Positions 37,518 through 46,644 of a stretch of DNA of 64,000 nucleotides are shown here, in pieces (position 1 is the stretch's first letter; every line of letters begins with the position of its first letter). The notes beneath the pieces were generated by a model. That model was given only the letters and a program-made list of their open reading frames with translations. It had not been told where the DNA came from and searched no databases. Source of the DNA: Schizochytrium sp. TIO01 (Eukaryota; Protista; Bigyra: Labyrinthulomycetes); the NCBI GenBank assembly GCA_004764695.1, contig SMSO01000025.1:434001-498000 (forward strand), in the 5' to 3' direction. The translations under genes and the position numbers were made by a program.

Positions 37518-38673
37518 TAATTTGTGCCTTTGCCATTTAAATTGGGGAAGGCGGGCGCTAAGCGCTCTTGATTCTATGCACACATGCACATGCATAAGCA
37601 CCACCACTAGCGGGTGGATGTATGCATTGATTGACCCAGAACGTCGCTGCGAGATTAGTGATGCCCGTGCACGAGTTGCGTGCCTAGTATTGTTTGGATT
37701 TATTACATTCATGGTATTCTTTGTCGCTTTGTTATTTGTTGTTATTAAACTCCTTTCCACATCTATTATGTGTCTTGCCTTTTTTTCTCCTCGCACCTGA
37801 AATAATCATTACTTTGCACTGGGATCCAGAATAGCTTGTACTTAACTATCTAAATCAGCAAGTAATTGCTTACTAACTTCGCCAAGGCGTGTATTAATAT
37901 TCCAAGAAAAAGACAAAAATGAAGTTGGTATCTTCGAGTGAAATAAAAAGGAAGTTCACGGTGGCGAGGGAGACAATATTGTCCTTTTTAATACCACGAA
38001 ATCAGATCCTATTGTCTCCACCTCCCAAGATTATTTTGACATGCTTTGCTTCATTCTAAATCATGGTAACGGAAATCTCAATCTAGGTAGTCATATACTG
38101 CAGCTCATTCCCAACCGAGTCAAGCGTATCAAAAACAAACTTGCATTCTTGAAACTTTGAACCCAGGTTCTTTTCTTATGGCCCCAATCTCATGCAAAAA
38201 GGGAAACAGCTTGGCGTGAAACCAGGTACTAGGTGATACTCCTACTGGCATGCACTTAGTGGCAGTAGACAAGTGGGAATCTGCGTAACAGAGCTTAATT
38301 GCTTCAATTCGGCAGTCCCATGAGGTGTTCTTGTGAGTCCCAACCCCATGCTTGCACACAGAAATCAATGTTGAATCCTGTCACCAACGGCGCTGCCAAC
38401 TAACCTCCCCCGAACAGCAGATTACAGTTGTTAGTATGATCGGTATTCAATCTCAAGAACGATATCTTTCCCTTCTATTTTCACAGCTTCCGATATTCTG
38501 TCAATGCAAAATCTCTCCATACACTTCAGGAGGCACTGCACTGCCTACATCGCATTGCATTACAGTACATTATAATGTATATTACTTAGGTACCCAGGTA
38601 GTACGACGTACGTTCTCTAGCTAGATGACTACCACTAAATTCAATGCATTTACTCTATGAAAACCGGTCACCA

Positions 38674-38714
38674 CTGATCAATCATCGCTGATCAATCATC
38701 GCTGATCAATCATC
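38674..38714. repeat. 14-bp tandem repeat CTGATCAATCATCG x3
   Basis: Seen directly. Confidence 0.92.
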
Positions 38715-39204
38715 AGCTAAGCGAGTCGGCTACGAGATCTGTACCCCCTAAAACAAGACCATCCACTGGTTATAAGCCACTGCAAGCCGTCAATTGTCCA
38801 AACAAATACCCTCGAAGCTTTCAGGACCTCCCAACCGCCCTGGAACACCTAACAGATAGCTCTCTCTATGTATTTGCTCATTCAAGTAAGCTCGCTCATA
38901 GCGATTTTCATGCACCCTTTTGATTGTTGTTTGTTGTTTTGCTTTTATTCATGGACAGCTAGGTAAAAGGTAGGTAGGCTCCTAGCACAGTTAACAGCAG
39001 AAATTAGGTGTGTTTATTCTAATGAGGTGCTACGATGACTAAAAATGAAAGAAAACTGATTACAAAAAGCTTTGTTTCATTGTTAGTTCTATAAGTAATC
39101 TCTTCGTTCGATTGGGCGCCAATCTCAAAAACGGTGCGCCGTCGAGGCGTCGATCTTGGCCCAGGTGCGGCCCAGTCGCGCTCTGACTTGCGCAGAATCT
39201 CAAC

Positions 39205-41601
39205 ATGCGGCGCATTGGCACTCACAGGGGCTCAGAAGAGCAGGCGGTCGCGCCAAAGTTGTCGCTTGCTGCAAATGGCGCGGCATCGCGGCATGGCAGT
39301 GCCAGATGGGGCTCGCAAAGGAGGCTCGTGACCGCTGCTGCGATTGTCTTTTGCTGCTTCGTGGCAGTACTGCTTCTCGTGTCTAGGGACGTCGGGACTA
39401 TGCAGCGAAAACAAGAGTTAGCTCTGCTAGATGTTGTCGAAACCTCCGTTGAAAGCGTGGAGCGTGAACTCAGCAGGGACCAGAACTCGAACTTGTTGGA
39501 TTCCAAGACTGACTCGAAAGTAGATACAACGAGCTCTGATGATTTGTCAAGTTTAAAGAATTCTGCGGTGCCTGCTAACGTTGATACTTGGAAAGGTGAG
39601 TCCGAGCTTACCCGTACAATGACCTTGCCGCTGAAGACACCACCTGAAAGTGGAACACGGAGTGCCAGTCACGAAGAAATCTCTGAAGGTGACACCACAA
39701 GCGAAAATGACATTACAAGTGGGGACTCTGCGAGTGATAATTTCTCTAATCGAGATGATGGCCGAAATGATGATCGTGAGGAGAGAAAAGAGGTAACACT
39801 CAGAGGTGGCGCTGAAAATGGAAAATCTGTCAGTCGTGGAGGCCAAGCGTACAGCAACAAGAGTGGCCGCCATCATCCGCAACAACAGCATCTACAGAAA
39901 CGTGACAAGTTTGAGCTACGTAAATACGGTAGTGATGATAAGCTAAGCTCCGGGAACGCAGTGGCAAAACGTGGCCAAAAGGGCTCAGTGCATCCCAGAA
40001 AGTCTTATATCGAGCTGCTAAAACGCGTATTTGCGGCTTCAGTGTGCTATGCAGACGCATTGGAGGGATCCCAACGCTTAGATCTTAAACAGATTTGTTG
40101 CGATGTGTCAGTGAAGCCCCCTTTTGATGATTCCAAGGAAACGGAGGAGGAGAAAGTCTCTATGTGCCTACCAGGACTTGTCGTCATGGGTGCGCAAAAG
40201 GGCGGAACCACCGCGCTGCACTCGTATCTTATGCTGCATCCACAACTCATCCCGCCACGAAAGAAGGAGCTCCATATTTTTGATATTGACCGAAATTTTC
40301 AGGCTTGGCCTGCCCAGCTAAAAACAGCCTTCATACGTTCCGCACCGTCAAAATCCTTACTTGGTAAACTAGCTACCAAGTCGACGTCATCCGTCACCCC
40401 GGGTATTGCCTTTGAATCAACCCCTTCATATATAGCTTCCACCTTAGCTTGTGAGCGTATGTCGACCTTCCTTTCCCCTTGGACAGTTTATGTTGTTATT
40501 TTGCGAGATCCTGTAAAACGATTGTGGTCTGAGTTCAACATGAAAGCTCGTCGTATGCAAAATCAAGACATGACATTGAGGAGTATCGTGGATAATGTTG
40601 ATCAACTTGATTCGTGTTTTATCAACAAACTAGAAGAAGGAGATGATAAGAGCGCATGGATCAACGCCTGTCGCGGAGATCTTCGTCGCGTACTCAAGGG
40701 TAGCTCCTCCAAAATCTCTCAGGTCATTCGCATCCTCTCCAAGCCAGATTATGCTCCCAAATTCTATGAACGCTGCCTCAAGGATGTGGAAGATATGACC
40801 TTTGAAGATTTGCGTGATTGCGCTCGTATAGAAGGTGTACTGCGCGAGAAGCTTCCGGATATCCGTGAAGATATCATAAATGAGCAAAAATTTCTCCAGC
40901 CCTGCATGCAAATCGCTGCAAATAACAAATTTGATGAGTCTCGGAATACAGTGAGCACAGATCTATGGAGCAACGCTGATGACTTATGCGATAAACGCTT
41001 GGAAGAGCAGTTTTGTGCTCACTGTAGCAAGAACCCTAAACCAGCAAAGTGCTGGCAAAGTTGTTGGGACAGCCGCTTCGAAGAAATATCCGCTGCTGCC
41101 TCAGAAATGGGCTGCCAACGCTTGACACGGAATAGTACCTACCCACCACGGAAAATTCGCACTAATTCTGCTTGCGCTGGAAAGCTTTGTTCTTGTTATC
41201 CTGCAGCTGCGAACATGGCTGATATCTCGAAGAACTTTTTATGGCGCGGTCTTTACTATCCGCAAGTTGAGCAATGTCTGCGCTATATTCCTCGTTCTCA
41301 AATTATCTTCCTCGACAACGATGACTTGCGCCGCAACCCACAAGATGCTCTCCACCAGATTACACATAAGCTAGGCGTCTCTTCCCTACCTTATGGAGAC
41401 ACTGGTTATACTTATAAAGATGCAGAGGAGGAATTTAACCGCAAATACCCAGAATTCGGAACGACAACAGGCTGGTCTGCTGAAGGTCTATCCTCTTTGC
41501 CGATGCCCGGAGATATTGAACTCATGCTTAGACAGTTCTATAGCAAACCAAACAAGTTGCTCTTCAAACTCATTGGACGGAACTTCGACCATTGGCTGTA
41601 A
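39205..41601 (+). CDS. Type II membrane (Golgi-type) PAPS-dependent sulfotransferase, heparan sulfate 3-O/N-sulfotransferase-like fold
   Basis: N-terminal TM (AAAIVFCCFVAVLLLV), long stem, 5'-PSB loop GAQKGGTTAL, KELHIFD, ESTPSY, 3'-PB motif ILRDPVKRLWS, GLYYPQV, and C-terminal LRQFYSKPN..L..LIG. Confidence 0.88.
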   Translation: MRRIGTHRGSEEQAVAPKLSLAANGAASRHGSARWGSQRRLVTAAAIVFCCFVAVLLLVSRDVGTMQRKQELALLDVVETSVESVERELSRDQNSNLLDSKTDSKVDTTSSDDLSSLKNSAVPANVDTWKGESELTRTMTLPLKTPPESGTRSASHEEISEGDTTSENDITSGDSASDNFSNRDDGRNDDREERKEVTLRGGAENGKSVSRGGQAYSNKSGRHHPQQQHLQKRDKFELRKYGSDDKLSSGNAVAKRGQKGSVHPRKSYIELLKRVFAASVCYADALEGSQRLDLKQICCDVSVKPPFDDSKETEEEKVSMCLPGLVVMGAQKGGTTALHSYLMLHPQLIPPRKKELHIFDIDRNFQAWPAQLKTAFIRSAPSKSLLGKLATKSTSSVTPGIAFESTPSYIASTLACERMSTFLSPWTVYVVILRDPVKRLWSEFNMKARRMQNQDMTLRSIVDNVDQLDSCFINKLEEGDDKSAWINACRGDLRRVLKGSSSKISQVIRILSKPDYAPKFYERCLKDVEDMTFEDLRDCARIEGVLREKLPDIREDIINEQKFLQPCMQIAANNKFDESRNTVSTDLWSNADDLCDKRLEEQFCAHCSKNPKPAKCWQSCWDSRFEEISAAASEMGCQRLTRNSTYPPRKIRTNSACAGKLCSCYPAAANMADISKNFLWRGLYYPQVEQCLRYIPRSQIIFLDNDDLRRNPQDALHQITHKLGVSSLPYGDTGYTYKDAEEEFNRKYPEFGTTTGWSAEGLSSLPMPGDIELMLRQFYSKPNKLLFKLIGRNFDHWL

Positions 41602-42570
41602 ATTGATATCAGCCTTTGAAAACCCTGCCTACTTCCTTCCCCGTCATAAATGCAAGTGGGCCCTGTGTTTTTCCCCTGTTGGCTTTTTCTTTCTCTGTGT
41701 CTGCCTATTGTCGAGACTGAAAACTAATCTAGCGAATCGCTAGTTACTCTAAGAGACATTTGTTTTGCACCGACACGAGCACTAGTTGCTGTCTCTAGAA
41801 ACACATGATACACATTACGTGATTCACCTGACGCTAGTATAAGCGCGTCTGCTAACACATGAGGTCAGCGTAGTAGAATGTTTTGCTGTGTCTAGCCACA
41901 ACAAGTAATGACTTTTTTTATTTGTGTGTTTTAATTAGTAAGAAAACAAACAAACTTCTAATCGCATGCCCTTTTCCTCCTGTACATTTTATGGCTCCCG
42001 ATCCTGCATAGAGCCTCTTATTAACTTACAATGTGAATAACATACTGGTTGGTCCTGATCTGAGAAAATAAGCACCAAGTGAAGCGTCTGTGCATTCATG
42101 TTGAGAGACTCCTCGAAGCGAACCAACAACAAAAATTTAGGATACACATTTTTTTTTCAAATATACATTCCTACCATTTCTCAAATCTTTTAATACTGTA
42201 AGATTCACTAAGAAAGGAACTCCTCCTCCAAATTCGTTTACTTTGTTTTTTCTTCTGAAGCAAATGAACGGGAGAACAGAGTGAGTGAAATGGTAAATAG
42301 ATTCAAAGTGTTCAGCAAGTTTTGTAAAAAAGGTGATGCCTAGTACCCTAACAAGTGCAAAAATTCATGCATAGCACACAAGGATATGTAGCTGAAATTA
42401 AGAACAATCAAGGGAGATACACGACGTGAGAAACAGGATTTACCTTCTTTAAGCTAAAGAGCATGCACAAAGACAGGGTCTGTAGATACGAAAGTGATTA
42501 GCAGTTTGGCAGATTTTACGGGCATGCACAAAGGACACAATGTTGAAGCTCTTGTGAACGTTTGATTGCT

Positions 42571-44469
42571 TTACTTGGCAAGGTTGCCGATGTGGTAACG
42601 TTGCAAGAGAGTAGGGACAGTGGACGGGTGTTGGGGTCCGGCGATAGCCTCAGTGGCGTCCTTGCCACCCCAGTTAATGATAGCGTTGTCACCACCCTGG
42701 TGAAGGTCCAAATAAGTGGTCACATCGTAAACCTTGTTCTTGACAATGATCCAAAGAGAATCCTTGGTGTTGTGCTTGGCAACCTGCTCGGCAGTGTACA
42801 CATTTTTAGCCTCCTCGGCAACATTGCTGGGCTCCTCGATGGCATCATCAGCTGCGGAGGACACAGGCTTGGACAGAACCTTGCGCTCCACCTTGCGCTC
42901 AAGCGAGAGCGGGGTTGCGCGGCGCTTGAAGCGGACCATGTTAGGTCCCTTAGGGGGCACGACCATGGCTTCATAGTCCGGCTCCGGGAATGGAGTTACA
43001 AGCTCGAGCTCATAGGTAGCCAAAATAACTGAAAGGATCGTGCGGACCTGCATGAAAGCAAAGGTCTCACCCATGCAAGTGTGCAATCCAGCACCGAACC
43101 CAATAAAGCTGTACGGCTTGAGCTTAGCGATGTTGAAGTCATCCCAGCGAGAGGGATCAAACTCATCCGGGTTCTCAAAGACCTCCGGGAGTCTCTGTGC
43201 AATGGCGTTAGAGACCATAGCACGGTGGCCCGCAGGAATGTAAGTGCCGTCCGGCATGGTGATGGGCTTCATGACCTGGCGCATGAGCATGATGAGAGGG
43301 GGGTGCATGCGAATTGCCTCCTTGACAACCTTGTACATTTCAACCTCCTCCTTTACGACATCGTGCGATACCTTGCCGTCCGCAAAGTCACCAGGGGTCT
43401 CCTCGAGCGAGCACATCTCATCAAGCACCTTGTCCATAACCTTGCTACCCTTGCTGCGTTGGTCCTCAAGCAGGAACAGGAGCGACCAGGTGCTCACAAT
43501 GGAGGAAGTGTGCTGGCCAGCGAAGAGCGCAGCAAGAATCATTCCTGCGATCTCATCATCAGTGAACTTAGTACCATCAGAGTATGTGAACTCCATAAGA
43601 GTTTTGATCATGTCGTTGCGAGAGGCAGCTGCTTCGGGGTCAGATCTGCGCTTGGCAAGAATACGTCCAAAGAGGGCAGAGATCTCAATACGAGCGTGGT
43701 CGCGGATCTTGTGGGCTTCAATGGGGGCGTTGGGGAAGAACACAGAGAGCGGGGTGAGGCCGTTATCGAGGTGGGCGTAGAGTGTAGACATCTCCTTGAA
43801 CATCTCGCCACGAATCTCAGGACCCAAAAGCGTAGCACTGGCAGTGTTGATAATGAGTTCAGCGAAGCACTTGTGAAGGTCAATTGTTCCACTCTCACCC
43901 CAGTGGGAGTTCAGGTAGTCCTTCGTCTCCTTGGCAATCATAGGCGGGTAGTTCTTGAGCACGGAAGGCCGCAGAGAACGGCCCAGAGCACGCATCTGTT
44001 GGCGACGCTTCTTGAGCGGGGAGTCATACACGACGCCCTTGCCGAAGATGGGCTTCATGAAACGGTAAGGGCGAGCCTGATCCATCTCCTCGTCGGTGGC
44101 CTCGAAGAAGACCTTGTGGGCGTCGGCACCAATCAGAAAGGTACATTTCTCGGCAACCATGTCGATCGTAAACACGTTTCCGCATTCCTTGTGACCTTTA
44201 CGGACAAATCCAAGAGGATCTGCGGCAAACCCAATAAAGTTGCCGACCACAGGGATGTTTGAGCTGAAGGTTGGGGGCAAGTGGTAGCCGGCAGGAGCCT
44301 TGTCCTTGGTGGCCAGGCGGTAGAGAGTAATGAATGCGGCAGCAGCGACAATAATCACAGCCACAAGGGTTCCAACCCAGCCTCCGACAGTCCAGGCGAA
44401 TCCAAGGGCTCCCGAGGACTCAATCTGAGCGCCAACATCTGCAGCAGAGCAGATCACAGCAGACACCAT
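42571..44469 (-). CDS. CYP51: Sterol 14-alpha-demethylase (CYP51) fused to a C-terminal cytochrome b5 domain
   Basis: 632 aa: N-terminal TM anchor; CYP51 signatures YRFMKPIFGKGVVYD and AALFAGQHTSS, ExxR (EAIRMHPP), heme motif FGAGLHTCMG; ~38 aa linker; b5 domain YTAEQVAKHN..DSLWIIVKNKVYDVT.YLDLHQGG...GGKDAT....PQHP...YHIG. Confidence 0.95.
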   Translation of the reverse strand: MVSAVICSAADVGAQIESSGALGFAWTVGGWVGTLVAVIIVAAAAFITLYRLATKDKAPAGYHLPPTFSSNIPVVGNFIGFAADPLGFVRKGHKECGNVFTIDMVAEKCTFLIGADAHKVFFEATDEEMDQARPYRFMKPIFGKGVVYDSPLKKRRQQMRALGRSLRPSVLKNYPPMIAKETKDYLNSHWGESGTIDLHKCFAELIINTASATLLGPEIRGEMFKEMSTLYAHLDNGLTPLSVFFPNAPIEAHKIRDHARIEISALFGRILAKRRSDPEAAASRNDMIKTLMEFTYSDGTKFTDDEIAGMILAALFAGQHTSSIVSTWSLLFLLEDQRSKGSKVMDKVLDEMCSLEETPGDFADGKVSHDVVKEEVEMYKVVKEAIRMHPPLIMLMRQVMKPITMPDGTYIPAGHRAMVSNAIAQRLPEVFENPDEFDPSRWDDFNIAKLKPYSFIGFGAGLHTCMGETFAFMQVRTILSVILATYELELVTPFPEPDYEAMVVPPKGPNMVRFKRRATPLSLERKVERKVLSKPVSSAADDAIEEPSNVAEEAKNVYTAEQVAKHNTKDSLWIIVKNKVYDVTTYLDLHQGGDNAIINWGGKDATEAIAGPQHPSTVPTLLQRYHIGNLAK

Positions 44470-46644
44470 TTTCTTGACGATCTAGTACGTGGTTTCTGAT
44501 AAACTTGAATTAAGGTTTGGCTTTAGATACGTCGCTATCGTTACCAATCCTGAGATACGATAGCACAGTCAAGCAGCACAAAGGATGTGTACGTTTGTTT
44601 GTTTCTTGGTGATTATGTATAGAGTAGAACAAGCAAGAGAGATCCTGAATCCCTCCCACACAAGTTAAAACAACAACCTTCAAGGATTCTGCGACCCCTG
44701 CGTTGTCTACGCAAGAGGCAAATTAAAAACGCACGTATGCACGCGCGCAGACTAGCCAGTAAGTTTGCAAGCAAGCAAGCGAGCGAGCGAGCGATCGAGC
44801 GATCGATCTGCCCCGGCCGCTGCTGATTCAGGTCTGCCACCTGGGCTTAAGCGGCCGCTACTTTTTGCAGTCTATAGCCTACTTACACCCTCCATTCTCT
44901 ACTGTGCCTCCCCCTATACTCTACTTCGAGCCCTTCTTTACCTCACTTTACGTTCCACTATAACCCACTTGTGCCTCAGTCAGTTATCATTCATTCATTT
45001 GTTCTCTAATTATCGTATCATCGTCACTTTTTTTCACAGCTTTTTATTATGACGCCAACTAACAAAAGTCCTTTTTATGCTTTCCACCTTATCTCCCATA
45101 ATAATTGCCCACACAATAACCTTTCTACTTAAGGTGCTCTTCTCCGCCATGATCGCGCAAGCGTGAAAACCCCTTCCGCAAACAGGGGGTATATTGCAAG
45201 TATTATCGGTATCTGTGAACGTACACCCATAAAGTCTTATATTACCGGGATGCGCATGTGTGGGGGATGACGTGCGGAGTGCCCCCCGAATGCCGTCGCG
45301 CGCTTGCGATTATCGGTTTGATACGGGTTTAAGGAGGGCTCAAGGGACGCCAGCTCGACGCAGCTGCTTGCGCACTCCCCTTTCGGCCGTCTTTGACGAT
45401 GAAGTCGAGGGCAATCTCCGCCCCGAAGAAACCAAGGACGCCCAAGGACGCTTTCCCGGCGGCACCTGCTCCTCACCACGACCTTGTCAGCCCTCGCTGA
45501 CCAGCTAGCTGCCGGCCTTGACGGGCTTCGAGGCTGCTTGATCGTCATACATACACGAATTCCGTCATCGCTGTATTACACTAAATGAGCGATTTAGGGA
45601 TACATTTTTCTATTTTATTGCTAAATTTATTTAGAACTATAAACTTTGAGGTTCATTCGATCATTCGTTCACTCCTTTATACACATTTACAATGATAAGA
45701 AATAGAAATAGAAGAATTGGCGTTGAAAGGTGCAGTCTTAGGCAAACAAAAGCATGAGCGGAGATGGCCAAGAGGCAACTAGGGAGGTACCTCGGTGCTT
45801 GCCTAGTTTGGAAAGTAATGGAGTAGTATTCTGGGGAAATGGGCCAAAAGTAGTGTCTAACAGCATGCACGAGTGGACCTTTATTTCTATTGCATTTATG
45901 CCCGAGTTCGTCAATGTGTTTGATTCTGTTTATATTTATTGGTTATGAATATATGAAGTGGAAAACTGATGAAATAGTAGGACTACCTATGTAGTTCAGG
46001 TAATAGCAACTTGGCACTTGGGCATGTCAGGTACTACTGCGCAGGTACTACTGTAACTGCTAAGTGGATTGCACACAGGGTGGTGTGCAAAGGATACCAT
46101 CATGAGCTCAGAACTTGAGCCTCGAAGGGTGGCGCAGAAAAGGCCGCCGCTCACTGAGATGACGAGGAGAAGAATTGTATCCAAGCTCTGTTATGAAATC
46201 TGCCTTGCAGTGCTGCCATGAAATAATGTTGAGTCTCGAAGGGATCATATTCGGTTTACAATTTTCAACATTAATATTCTTAGAAAAAAAATTTTTAAAT
46301 GAAATGAATTTTTTTTGTGATGTGAGAGGAAAAACTCGAAGGAAAAACTTTTAATTAAAAAAAGGTGCGCGATGACGCAACGTGAAATAAACGAGGGTCG
46401 TTAAGCCATTAATTTAGACCCTTTTAACTAAAGTGGTATCAATATAGACCCTTTTAAAATGGCAGAGTTGCATATAGGCCTTTTTGTGGATGCGAAATTT
46501 AGTCGATGAAAATCCAACGAAACGTATAAATACGTTCGATTAAATCAAACGAAATGAGTTCTCACATGGACAGCCTCGGCGACGACTCCACAGACTTGGT
46601 CTGCGAGGAATCGGAGTGGCCTTGCGAAGATTGCGAGGCCGGCC

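Noticed and set aside
43081-44262. 393-aa ORF antisense to CYP51
   Set aside because: Shadow of biased codon usage on the coding strand; no recognisable motifs.
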